DNA of 63,853 bases, counting the filler, from Folioceros fuciformis (lineage: Eukaryota): assembly GCA_049999805.1 (NCBI GenBank). It is 10 parts of 10 records of this genome, joined end to end, with 100 filler letters (N's around TTAATTAATTAA, not from the genome) between each part and the next. Parts side by side here need not be neighbours in the genome. Positions count along the whole stretch, not along the records: positions 14,687 to 37,414 come from JBNGIO010001211.1; positions 37,515 to 41,159 come from JBNGIO010001212.1; 8 more parts are not named here. One strand, written 5' to 3'. Position 1 is the first letter of the stretch; each line of letters begins with the position of its first letter. Made by a program: the position numbers and the translations under genes. The notes under the pieces were generated by a model, which saw nothing but the letters and a program-made list of their open reading frames with translations, did not search any database and had not been told where the DNA came from. Below, piece after piece: positions 25,801-37,638 of this stretch.

Positions 25801-26052
25801 GTCCTCCACGCTTGCCTTGTTGGCTCCATGTTTGGTTATTATCACCAAGCTGCCTTGCATGGGCTATATGAGCCCACGCGCTTTTGTTGGGCAAGTAGCC
25901 CTGGCCAATATTTTGGCCATTCATGTAATTTAGGTTGAGCTAGTCTTTTCACCTATTATTTATCTAATTACCTATTATTAAATCAGCTAATTTAGGTTGA
26001 GTTAGTTTAACTATCTATTATCTAATCAGCTGAAAGTCATTGTGTTCCACTA
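19851..26052 (-). mobile_element. Degenerate, 3'-truncated Ty3/gypsy LTR retrotransposon with domain order gag-ZnK-PR-C5 DNA methyltransferase-RT
   Basis: gag-like ORF at about 23935-23276, CCHC knuckles CNHCGNPKHISLAC and CTHCQKNGHVVIVC, protease VLLDTRAQP...YDLLLGQEFL, MTase domain, then RT N-terminus LSLEQQDRIRNLLLRYKDCFAFS...INLTTQEPIYRQQYKLS...LYEADLI. The 5' boundary is approximate. Confidence 0.88.
20345..21289 (-). pseudogene. C5-cytosine DNA methyltransferase domain (DNMT3-like) embedded in gypsy pol, inactivated by stop codons
   Basis: Manual read-through in one frame: I ILTVIELFGGI; IV GPIDMVMAGWEC*GFSQAG; DPCSGLF; VI AYLLENMP; VIII DAMQVGSYAHKLCNY*TNL; IX WEEPIVEKRE*LMCF; X (with frameshifts) RQCKGTLG.AMDLHAIMWL. 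Confidence 0.9.
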
Positions 26053-27978
26053 AACTATCACATTTACCATGACCATCTACCATAAGTCCATTTTTATGAC
26101 AATTTTACAACATCATGAAAGTAGTGGTGTTCGAGAAGTAAGAGACTTTGAATCCCAAGGAATCAAAGATAATCACACAACATTAAAACATTTAGAACTG
26201 GGGAATATATACGATGGAGATACTGAAGGTATGCTAAAAAATAGCTAAGCTTCTAGAGCATAAATAGTACTTTTAACACATATTGCAATTTGTATTCAAA
26301 AAGTCAGTGACAAAGGCACTCACAATAAGATCTCAACTACTCAAGGATAACCTTCCTTCTCAAGAATGAAAGGGACTTTTAGCAACTCTTAAATGGTGTG
26401 GCTTGGCTTCTTGAGCCCTTGCTTGGTTAAGGAAGATTGTAAAAGCCTTCATTGAGTGTGCTTTTCTCCGGCCTTCACTAATGGTTTCTCTTTGCTAATA
26501 TCTATCAAGTGCTTACTCACAAGACAAGATGGTATCCTTTCATGCCTTTAGCCTCGATTCCGAACTTAAGACATCAAAAAGTAGGTTGAAGGTTCACGAA
26601 TCATTGAATGGTTTGGAAAGCAAATATGAGGTGCCCACAAAGGATGAAGTGGAAAGAGGATGTCCTTGGGGAAAAAGCAACACAAACAAAGATTTCACAA
26701 GCAAAAGAATGAATAGTTAAACTAGCTTAGTAACAAAGAAAATTCCTGTTCTCAACTGATATGAGCTCAACATATCATGATTGGAGGAGCAATATCAATG
26801 TTGCAGCAAGATGAGTGATGCTAGATTTAGAGTGGTGGAAACATTCATCTATATTTGTATATATGGTGGATGCAGCATTTTTCATGTATGGCATTGTGCT
26901 AATTTGGAGTGAAGGACACTCCAATGCAAACGGGAAGATAGTGAGGATTTTTTTTTCAAAGGTCTTGACAAGTGCAAACATTCAAATCACAAGAAATTAA
27001 ACTAGTGAGAGGATTCAACCTTGAATATAATGATGTATACCAATGGGATACAAGTCAAGGTTTCATCTTGTCAAACTTGGTTTGCAACAATCTTTTTGAT
27101 CTCGAAACTACATATTTAAATATGGGTGGCATGACCCAAATCACTCCTACAAAGAATCTTGGTCACATTGTCCTCTAAGTGCTTCCGTGGTTATGCTTTG
27201 TCACTTTTCATGTACAATATCCACTCAAGTAAAAGAAGAGATAAGTTTTTGCAGGTTCTTTCCAAAAAGGTTCTCCCAAGACTTGTGGACAAGGCAAATA
27301 TAAAATTGTAGAGATGCTTGCACATAGGTGACACATGTCGCAACCTAAGCCTTCAGACTTTGGTCTCATTGGAGCAATATAAATAATGGAGCGCATGTAT
27401 CAAGAATGTAGCTACCTTGCATCATACAATGTGGCCTAGATTGTAAGACAGTACGATATGGAGGGCATGGCAATGCATGCAGCAAAGGCCTGGGAACTGG
27501 GATGTGGCTTCGGACAAAATATCTACACTGTTCGATGAATAGCAATTGAGTAGTGTAAAGGAGGCGTGCGAAGACCAAATGTGTCGGATGCGGGTTGGTT
27601 GGTGTCGGGCAGAGGAGGCAGCCAAGGGTACAGTATGGAAATTATGCAAAAAGAGGAGTGTACGAAATGTGCAGGTGTGACAGAGGCATAGCAGGCTTAG
27701 CAGGTGTTGTAGCTCCAGTTACAGCTGCAGAGCCTACAGTCCCTACAGCTACAGCACGTTCAGGATCCAGAGCCCGAGGGTCCGGCCGGGGCCCAAAGAA
27801 TTGGTTGGAACGGCGAAAGCGGGCCCGGGTTTGCGGCTGGGAGCGAGCGCGGCCACACAGCTGTGATTATTCAAAGGAAGCGGTTCCCCCGCCATTGGCT
27901 TCCCCCTTGTGCCCGCCTGCAGTGCCTCCGGACGGGGCTTGCGCAGCAAGCGCGCCGGCACAAAGAGGCTCCGAGGCC

Positions 27979-30514
27979 ATGGCCGCTGGCTTTCGCCCTT
28001 TTCCTTCATTCTTTCTCACCTCTGACACGTCCCCGGCCGCGAATGGAGCCACGGCGCGCCCGGGGTTGGGAGCGGCAGCTGCTGCAGCTGCAGCTGAAGG
28101 GGATCGTGCGAGTCGAGTTGCGGCCGGCGGGGCTGTGGCTATGGCGTCGCTGGTAGAGCCTTCGACGCTGGAGCGGAGGTGGCAGCAGCAGCAGCGGCGA
28201 AAGCAGGTGGTGATGCCTGAATTGCGGTAGCTGGTTGGAGGGAATTGTGGGATTGCGGCTGACTGCGCCGCTGCTGCTGCGGCTTGGGTGCAGAGCACTG
28301 CGGGTGAGCAGGGAGCGGAGGAGGGGAGGATGGGAGTCGGTAGGCAGGGCCGGCCTCGGGCTGAGCGGTCTGCGGCTGTGGATTGCTCTTGTGGGGTATT
28401 TCTCTTGAGGCCCCATATTCTTCGATTGGCCGGGGGGCCAGGGCAGCGTCGGCGGAGGAGGCTGCGGCCCAGCGCTGCGCTGGCCCTGGAGAGTGATGCT
28501 GCCGTGGGCGCTCTGAGGTGGGTTGGGATGTGTGGTGTCGGGGATGTTGGGTTGGGGGAATAATGGGTGTTCGTTGCAGCAGAGGGGTGCGACTTGGTGG
28601 GTTTTTCGCGCTTGGCTGACACGGCACGAGTGAGGCGTGCAGGGTGGAGCTCGCCATGGCTGTAGGAGTCGAAGTGATCCCGCATCCGAAGAAGGTGTGG
28701 GCGCGAATGTATACGCATTTTTGCTTGTTATGAATGTGAATAAGGCGGATGTGGGCGGTTGAGGTGCAATTGGGTCCTCATGGTTCGAAGGTTGGATCCG
28801 TTTTTATGTCTGGGCAGGTGGAGAAAGGTGGGGAGGACGCTCACTTCGTGAGTGATTGTGGGGGTGGTGTCATCGGCGTGGCTGATGGAGTGTCAGGGTC
28901 AGTTGTAGCTGGTTGCTGAACTGGGTTGCGCTGCCCCTAGCTTGGGTAGAATCGAGGTTGTGACAAGGCCGTGGGATGGGTGCCAGGTGGGCCGAGGAGA
29001 ACGTAGATCCGGCCCTGTTCTCCAGGGAGTTTGTAGCACATGCGTCGAAGTTGCTGCAATCTGGACAGGTGGGCTGATCGTCTTGGGCTCACGAGGAGGA
29101 TTGCAGTGACGGTCATGCTGACATGGTTCGAGTGTGGTCTGGCTTCAGGATGTCAGAGACCCAAGAGCTCTCCTCCGGAAGGCACATCAAGCTACCAAGT
29201 CGATTGGTGCGGCAACAGTGTGAGTACACAGGTCACATGTGTTTCATCTGTTAATGTCCTCAGAGGGCTGCTGAATTCCTCGTGGCATGCAGTTGTGTGG
29301 CGGCCCTTGAAAAAAAGGGAACGTTGCACATTGCAAACCTGGGGGATTGTGGGCTTCGAGTGGTCCGCGGCGGTGCGTTCGCAATTCGCTGCTGGCGTCC
29401 TTTCTGGTTGCTTGCCGTGTGTTGATGCTGCACGCCCTTCGGCTTGTCACTGGTGAAAGAGTTTTTGTGTGGATGGTGACAGGTCGCGTGGTTTTCGGGA
29501 CAGCACCACAACAGCACTACTTCGATTGTCCCTACCAGTTCAGCTCTGCTCCTGGTGCCCAATCAGCCGCCGATGCTGCGGTATGTGGGCCCTCCTCGGT
29601 GGGTTTGTGACTCTGCGCCGGCGTGTTCATCCGCTGCGAAATATGACACGCTGTGTCCGTGAATGCTCCACTGTGCCAGGTATACCATCTTCCCGTGAAA
29701 CAAGGGGACACAATTGTGCTGGGTTCGGATGGCCTGTTCGACAACGTCTACGATCGAGACATCGAATACTTCGTCAACAGGTCTTCTGGCACAAACAAAG
29801 ACTCCGCTCAAACCACTGGTAATTTGCTCTCTACATCACGGACCAACTCCAATCTGAGTCTTCAGCAGCGCTTCTGTGTTATCTGCCAAATCCCTGTACT
29901 GACGCCACCTGCTGTCACTCCCAGCCATTGCTCTAGCATCACTTGCCTACAGGCATTCCAGGGACGAAAAATATGAGTCTCCGTACACTCGGGAAGCAGT
30001 TGCTCAGGTTCGATGCAGACCAGCCCGAACCCTATCCCTTGTTACCGTTCCCAACACTCGTGGGCGTCGTCTGTTGCTGTTTGTCTCACGTCGCAAGCAT
30101 TGCGCAGGGCATCGACGTGCCGTTTTGGAAGAAGATTCTTGGACAGAAGCTGACTGGTACCGTTCAATCCTCCTCGCTGTTGCCATTACGTCGACCTCTT
30201 CGGTGTCTTAACAACTCATGCGCAACACTTCTGCAGGAGGAAAACTGGATGATATCACTGTCGTCGTCGCACATGTTGTGGACGCAAGAACATTAGCCCG
30301 ACCAGCGAGCCCACCTGCCGTGGAGGACTCCATGGAACTATCTCAGCCTTTCAGCGGCTCCGATGCTGGCACAGTGGAGGACTCCTTAGACACCTCGTCC
30401 TCGGGCTCTGTGTCCTGTGACTCCCGAACCATCTCCATATCCGTGGACTCGCCTCTGGGTGTGGAATCCGTATCGATAGACTGGCGTACCATTCGACGAC
30501 AGCCTTCGAGGTAA
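27979..30514 (+). CDS. PBCP: PP2C (PTC7-type) photosystem II core phosphatase-like, multi-exon
   Basis: IPHPKK|VEKGGEDAHFVS...VADGVSG|WAEENVDPALFSRE, HIANLGDCGLRVVR, PQQHYFDCPYQFSS, GSDGLFDNVYD, GIDVPFWKKILGQKLT|GGKLDDITVVVAHV. Transit-peptide-like Ala-rich N-terminus. Confidence 0.9.
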
Positions 30515-31184
30515 CCAAAGGGGTTCCGACTGTTTTCTCAACTTAGCACAGGAAAAATTATTTGGAAACTTGCCAAATCTGTATTCTAGAATCTGTAGAT
30601 ACATAGCGCCCCTCAGGTAACACGACGAGCCGTCACCTAAATTTGGATGGGAACCTGGAGCCTGGCAGTGTATCCTACCGAGTCTGTCAATTCAACTTAG
30701 TCTGTATCCCGCTAGACTATAATATGGGCGCAAAGAAAACCGTAGGCTACCAGAGGATAAACATATCCGGCCCACGATGTGTGTTCCTAGCTCTACAAAT
30801 TTCTGTACTGTTGTGTCTTGATGCTGTCTCCTTCAGCACAGAGAAGCGCCAAGACTGTTAACAGACGGTTGTCGTGGAGTGAAAAGGTGCATGGTCGAAT
30901 CACTGTTGTCAAAGAGTGTGCATGGCACCATGCTTCAGAATCTTACTGTGCAGTGCACAAGCGCGGAGGCCCCTACAGTGTAACAAATAGAACATTATCC
31001 TTCCAAGGATTTGCACTGCTGTAAAGCACAGCAAATCAGTTCTAAGCATGCTTCTCCAAACCCCACACTCTGAGACCAATAAGTATAACACCTCTGGATT
31101 GCGTGAGACGTTTTGGGTCAAAGCAAGCGGGTAAAGACGAGGTCTCCAGGCCGCCATCCCGGCAGTTTTGTCAACTGGGACTTG

Positions 31185-32362
31185 TCAGGGGTTCACATAG
31201 TCGTCCTTCCAGTACACACTCTGATCAACTCCTTGAACTAACCTACTGTAGACGACCCTCTTGTTCTCCTTCAAATGCAGGTAGTCAACCTGCAAAATAC
31301 AGGAGCAGAGCCAGCAGTTTTGGACTAGGACAACATATTAAAAGGCAGCGGTGACAACAAGGAACATGTGGTACCTCCTCTGCATCCAGAGTGACGAGAC
31401 AAAATGTATCTAACGGCCCTTGGTCGGCTTGAACTTCTGGGCCAGGACTGCTCTCTACCCATGGTAGCCTGGGGTGTGGACCTGCAAACTGGGATCTGGA
31501 TTTCGGGGAGCTTTCAAACCAGACTTTTTCCCGCAGCTGCAAGCCGTCAAAGAACATTCATGCAGTTTGAGACCAGCATGCACTTGCAATCTAACACTTG
31601 CAAACAAGGTTAGAGATTGTTATGTTCAGTTCAGGAAAGTGACAGGAAGTACCGAAAGCCTTGTGGGGTCGGTTGTGGTACTGTCGATTATATCAAGCAC
31701 GCCGAGTAGACGAAACTGTTCCCAAGAATCTGTGAAGTACCAACATATCTGGAGGCACCGGTGTCAGTCGTCGTGGCAGTGTCCGAAGCAACGTGTTTGT
31801 GGTCCCGGTTGCCCGAGCATACCTCACCGTAGTTGTGAGCCTTAATCTGGTCTACCTGAAGGATAGCGAGTTTGTGGGGGCGTTAGCTGATGACCCCGCC
31901 ACAGAGTAAACCTCCTGATGCTGTCAGTGACGAGGGAATTTGAGACGAGACCTCCTTACCTTCGCGGTCCGGGAATCTGTGGTGAATTGCAGCTTATCGG
32001 TGCCGTCTACGAACCCTCTACAGTCAGCCGGATTTCTAAAATCAATGCGGCCTTCGCGGCTAGACAGATACCCACTACCTCAACAGGATCACTCTTACAA
32101 TCCGTGACGCACCTGAACACTACAGTTCGGTTGGCAGGCTTTCCATCCGACCTAACAGTGGCCTGATTTCACATCGTCAAACCACGAGATTTCAAATGAA
32201 CAAACCACACGTTAGCAAGGTGCGCAGATGGGACCGTGTAGAGAAGAGATGATGAAGGAAGTAGCACAGACATACCAGCTGAAACCACTTGCTGTGCTTC
32301 AAGTGTGCGTTGCTCTCCATGGAGTTCAGAAGCAGCTTACGCCACGGCGCCTGCGTGCCCAT
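31185..32362 (-). CDS. Pyridoxamine 5'-phosphate oxidase-like FMN-binding protein (PPOX2-type), multi-exon
   Basis: MGTQAPWRKLLLNSMESNAHLKHSKWFQL|ATVRSDGKPANRTVVFR|GF...TTDSRTAK|...ICWYFTDSWEQFR|...VDYLHLKENKR...WKDDYVNP*. Confidence 0.9.
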
Positions 32363-32847
32363 CTTGTCCGCGACGATTGGGAGTGAAATCGACAAAGGAG
32401 CGACAAGCTCGAGAAACTGGACGCCTTTGACGACAGGATATGAGATATGAACCGGACGGGCTCGTCACGGAGGCCAGGGAAACTGGGCCCGGAAAGTTGG
32501 GATAAGTGAATGCAGAAGACTTCAAGCAACCGCGCATGTGACTGATTGAAGAGAGGCATGAAGACTAACAATGAGCGTGAGCCAAACGACTCAAGACTTG
32601 CACGCTTGGAGTTGAGTCAGAAGCATTTCTACTGCCCTGCACTTGCCGCTGGTGGTTCATTCTCCCTGCTCCTGGTAGCTACCAGTTCCTTTCCGAGCAT
32701 CCACTTGTGGACAAACAGCGAGGCTGAATGCTGACTAACGATAGAATCCTGTTCGGAGGCAACCGAAAGTTTGGAACAAGAGTCTTCATTGAATCCCGGC
32801 CGGAGACAAACGAAGTTTGGAACAAAAGTCTTCAGTGAGGCAAATAG

Positions 32848-33710
32848 TCATTCGCTTTCTTTCAGGCAAAGGGTCACGACTCCAGCCAGCTTCCTGCAAG
32901 CGTCCAGACATAGTTCCATCGACTGTGATGCCCGTTGGGCGCTCCATTCCCCATTAAGATGGAAATAAGTGATCTCGTTTCGCGAGGGCATGTAAGCCAG
33001 AGTGATGCCACCATCCTCCCACTTCTCTTCTTGCGCCGTGGAATCCAGCAGCAGTTGTTGCCCCACGCAGCTCGCCGAGATGGCCGTCACCAGGTCATTC
33101 ATAGCAATGCCCGCATCCGCCAAGGCCATGGAGGCGCAGGAAATGAGTGCAGGCAATTCCCCACCTCCAGACTGCAAAATCAACGCAAACACATCCACTG
33201 TGGTCTTCGGGAATGTGTGCAGCTGCACGGCCCCCTCCAGCGCCTTGTGCAACAAACTCGAGAGCTCCTTGTCCTGGCTCGCCTTTCCCCTAGGAGAGGT
33301 GGCGAAGGGAGTGAACTCCACAGCACAGTTTAGCCGGCCCTGGTCGCTGAACGCCTGCGCTTTCTTGCTCTCCCTCGGGCCGAAAACAGACACAATAACC
33401 TTGGTCTCCCCAAGCTCCACATATCCCGATCCCGCAGCTCCACTCACCGCTCCCACCTGCATAACTGCCCATCAAACCGATATCCATCAAACAATCTGAA
33501 TCACAGACACTGTGTCGCAGCAATTCGGAAGCCAACACAAGGAAAGCACAAAACCCTAGGATGCAGATTCTCACAGGCAGTGCGGCACTCCCTGGCTGCT
33601 CTGCCGTCCAACCTGGTGCCATCGGGGGAAAGCAGGACAGGACGACCCGCCTTGGACGATAAGTCTGCTCGTGCAACTGCGTAAGTGGCCCCCGCTCCTC
33701 TGCTCGCCAT
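32848..33710 (-). CDS. RRP41L: Exosome RNase PH-like subunit RRP41-like/MTR3, 2 exons (33710-33575, 33464-32848)
   Basis: RLDGRAARECRTAF, GSGYVELGETKVIVSVFGPRE, FPKTTVDVFALILQSGG, ASMALADAGIAMNDLV. Confidence 0.88.
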
Positions 33711-33810
33711 CGCAACCTAATTTCCGCAAACCCGATTGTTGAATGTGCTCTGGTTTTAATCTCTAAAACGACCATTCGGGGCAAAATTACCCAACAATCA
33801 CAGCTCGCGC

Positions 33811-34750
33811 TTAGATGAGCAGATTGAAAGAGTTCACGATCCGCTGCAACGACACCGCCAAGTCTTGAGGGATCGGCTTGGAAGGTGCATCGTTATAGGA
33901 GACGTTGAGGATGTAGAGCTTCCTGGCGGCTATGGTAACAGCCGACAGGACCCGTTTCTGTCCTCTGGAGCTGTCCAGCGAGTACTCCACCTCGTACAAA
34001 GGTCTACCGTTGGCGTCCCTCTCCCCCACGCGGACAAGCTTGGCGTCGTTCGTGCTTTCCTGGAACATTCATCACTCAGCATCAGGCTCCATCCCGAATC
34101 CTACACGCTGCCATATCGTCGGGCATCCAGGTTGCCTAACCTTCTTCTTCTCCGCTTGGATGAGCCTCTCGGCTACCTGATCCGGCGTTCCGAAATCCCT
34201 TAAAGACGCAATTCGCACTGGATTCACCACCACGCCCACCGTGTTGCTCCTAGTCACCGGGTCCTCGAACAGCAGAGTGGCTCCGGCCTTCTCCACCTGA
34301 TGCATTCAACGTCAAGATCTGTGTCTCTCAAGCCAACTTCCAACCAAGACTGAGCTCCCGTCGGTGTTGAGCACTTGCCTTGTTCCAGTCCGCGGGCCGG
34401 AGCAGCGTAAACCCTTCCCTCTCATCGTCGTACCTTTCCAAGCTCAAGGCCCGAGCATCGGCATTGTCCTCCTGCTCAGCCAGAGAACGCTGTGCTGTGC
34501 TGGTGAGCAGCAATCCTGCCAGTGCCGTGGCTATCCTCCGGCTCACCACAGGGTTTCCATCAAGCAGGCCTTCATCAGCAAGTGACGTTCCCCTTGAGCA
34601 TAGCGCAATCACCATTGCCCGCCGCGCCTCTTGCATCGACGCCCTCCACGGGGCTTCCCGGCTCCACGTCCTTCTCCGTCTTGCATCCAGTAAGGGCTTC
34701 ACGAAGATCAGGCTGAAGCCTCCGGAAGAGGATAAAACGCCTGACGCCAT
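33811..34750 (-). CDS. PPD2: PsbP-domain protein 2 (thylakoid lumen), 3 exons (34750-34379, 34296-34141, 34059-33811)
   Basis: Twin-Arg lumen signal SRRIATALAGLLL..SLA, EGFTLLRPADWNK|VEKAGATLLFED, VGVVVNPVRIASLRDFGTP, LYEVEYSLDSSRG. Confidence 0.9.
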
Positions 34751-35003
34751 GGTCACTTTCGCAGGGGTCTGTCAGGTGAAAGAATGCTCGTTCCAATATG
34801 TGTTCCTCATCCCTGTACCAACTGCATCCTTGTTGCTGCAAAAACACAATCTTCGATCGGATCTCGCATTCAGCCTCGAAGCATCATCTGTTCCTTGCAA
34901 TCCTCACCTCCACGATGCAAAAAGCCCTAACCCTAGCCAGGAACGCTGGAAACAGGAAGTTGGACGCAAAGCAATTTACCCACCCAGATTTGAGATCGTG
35001 GCC

Positions 35004-35828
35004 ATGGCGGAGGGCGCTGTGAGGATCTACGGGCCCATGGTGGCCGCGGTTGGCAAGGGGGATAGCGCTCGTTCTCGTCTGCTGCCAAGCAGGAGCAAGC
35101 AAATGCAAATCCTTTCCCAACAGCCATCTCCTTCAGCAATGTGCTTTGCTTCGACTTCTCCTCCCGCTTGCAAGTGCTTCCGCACAGGTATGCAAGGTGC
35201 TGCTTCTTGGTTGCTGGGTCGTGAATTTGGTGTGAGGAGACAGAGCTGATGCGGCTACTGCACCTACTGCAGCACAGCTAGCACGGACAGAGGTGCGAGG
35301 AAGGGCCTGAGAAGAAGCTGCAGTGCATTGGGCAAAATAGAGGCACAGGAGGGCTACCCCGACGACGACCTCCTGGCACTTCAAGCGGCGTTGCATTCGG
35401 CGATCAAGTATGAGAACTACGAGCAAGCAGCCGTGCTGCGTGACAAGATTAGACGATTGCACAAAAACGAAGTGGCTGCGGTACTTGCCACCAATGCCAT
35501 GTTTTACGAGGCATTTGCTCAAGCCGATATGGAATTGATGAAGAGAGTGTGGCTGAACGCAGACACAGTGTTCTGCGTGCACCCAGGGTCGGCTTGCATT
35601 ACTGGCTATGACATGGTGGTGAAAAGCTGGAGCCTGGTGCTGCTGGGTCCTCTCAGATTCGACCTGCAAGACATTCAAGTGCATATCAAGGGCGGGCTTG
35701 GTTACTTAACATGCGTCGAGATGGTGCGATCCCAAGGGAGCAGCTGGGGGAGACAGGTGGCCACCAACATCTTCGAAAAGCAGAATGGAGAGTGGTTCAT
35801 ATGTGGCCATCACGCGTCTCCTGTGTAA
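35004..35828 (+). CDS. UVR (UvrB/C-motif) + SnoaL/NTF2-like domain protein, probably plastid-targeted, 2 exons
   Basis: LHSAIKYENYEQAAVLRDKI (UVR) followed by NAMFYEAFAQADMELMKRVW...CVHPG...ATNIFEKQNGEWFICGHHASPV. Putative intron 35188-35277. Confidence 0.85.
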
Positions 35829-36192
35829 GGAATTTGTGCTGCGATCTCTCACTGCACCAGCCACCGTAGATTATGACGAGTTGCTTCGGACTTTGAGGAT
35901 TCCACGTGGCGGAATGTCCCCAATACTCTGCATCCCGTCCAAGAAATCGTAGTGGTACATTCGTGGTTGCCTGCTGCTCGTGCATAATACAGCAGGCAGG
36001 ATCGTTTCCTTCTTAGTGAGTTACCCTGCGAGGAAGTCGCTGCTTCACAAACAAAGCGGCCCTTTATCGGTTCCTAGCAACAGGGTATCCTTGCAGTGTC
36101 TTCCCAAACAGTGAAGGCGTGCATAGTTGGTTGCAGCTCCGCTGCCTGCATCTGAAGCGGGAAAACTGTGGGCAAATGTTGAAATAGGTCCC

Positions 36193-37414
36193 TCAGTGGG
36201 GAATCCAGTTGGATTTGATGCCTCTGGAGCCCTTCATGCTGAGCAGAGTTCCCTCCAGCGGCCGTACTTCAGCGAAGTATCTCTCGGCGTTGTTCTGGAA
36301 GCAAACTGGGTTAGTACTGCGAACTCTCTCAAGTGACCTCTGCACATCGTCGGTTGTCTCTTACAGCCAATTGTAACTTACTAATCCATTCTGCGAAATG
36401 GTGTCGTTTGTCCCTGCACTGAAGAATCCCTTAACTCCCCGCAATACCTGTGTTTGTGAACAAAGCAGTTTGCAGATGAGCAAATCAGGCATCCAAGCAC
36501 AACTTCGCTTTGTGATAACACAGTTCCACTGACCACATAGTCATCTGCAGTCGTAATCGGGCATGACTTGTCCCTATAGTTCTCTTTTCCTCGCACATAC
36601 ACCTTGGGCTGCTCTTTCTTTGGCCACAATCCTTGCTTCGCTTCCTCCTCCACCTTGAGGAATAGGCACCACAAGGTGAGGAAAAAACTTCTTGCCTTCC
36701 CTGTATAGTTAACTTACACACGCCCCGGCCCATTAGTGAACCTTCTTCTTAATGCCTGCATAATCGGAGAAGCAATGGCGGCCGGTGTACAGGTCACGTT
36801 TGAGATATTCCAAATCCTTCTGGGGAGCTGGCTCTCTGCCTGGCATGAACAGAGGGTGGCCTGGCATGTGGTATCGCATGGACTTCGGCTGGATGGACAG
36901 ACGGCAACACGTTCTCACAATGCAATGTGTGAAAAGATCGTCAAACGGGGCTAGAACACAGGTCAAGGCTTACATCCAGCATAGAAGGCATACATCGTTG
37001 CGTGTTATCCAACCTGTCAAGGCAAGTGACATCACGAATCACACTACTTGTAGTTACTTCGTCTCTGGAACAACATAGCATGACGCAGGTTGGATGAAAT
37101 GAGAACTACCACGAACGTTCAGGGGCACGTCTGACAACCTCCTCATAATCTCCAGTGACAGGTTTGGGAATCACAGGATCCTTGGGTCTCACCCTCGGGA
37201 TAGGAACCCCAAAGTCATCGGCCTTCTGATCAGGCGGGAACTTGAAACCGGAGCCGAATCCTCCATGGCCACTATCCACCATCGGCATCTATTTCCGTCA
37301 CGGGCAAAGGGTCACCTCCATCAAACCACCAGGTCCTTGCCTCTCAGATTGTTCATCAAATTTCTTGCGTCACGACCTTACCCACCTTGGATCTCAGCAG
37401 ATTCATATCGCCGT
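36193..37414 (-). CDS. 3' part of an uncharacterised multi-exon gene (cut by a contig end)
   Basis: Series of short exons bounded by GT-AG introns, ending ...GFFSAGTNDTISQNGL|RSLERVRSTNPVCFQNNAERYFAEVRPLEGTLLSMKGSRGIKSNWIPH*. Confidence 0.6.
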
Positions 37415-37638
37415 NNNNNNNNNNNNNNNNNNNNNNNNNNNNNNNNNNNNNNNNNNNNTTAATTAATTAANNNNNNNNNNNNNNNNNNNNNNNNNNNNNN
37501 NNNNNNNNNNNNNNAAGGTAGTTGAGGGGGTCGGCGGTAGTAGTCGAGTCGTGATGAGGTTGAGGTAGCTAAATAGGTGATGGGTGAGCGGAAGACTGAC
37601 CTAGGTGGTAATTGATTTTTAGAAGAAACATGTGTTAT

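Noticed and set aside
26500-27600. Possible decayed transposon or LINE coding remnant
   Set aside because: No diagnostic motif could be read in any frame.
27595-28718. Several long overlapping ORFs (211, 283, 172, 136 aa) around the PBCP first exon and intron
   Set aside because: GC-rich sequence with few stops. Only 27979-28226 fits the spliced PBCP model; the others are shadow frames.
36085-36092. GTATCCTT U12-like donor downstream of the UVR/SnoaL gene
   Set aside because: Outside any coding exon, with no matching branch site identified; likely chance.
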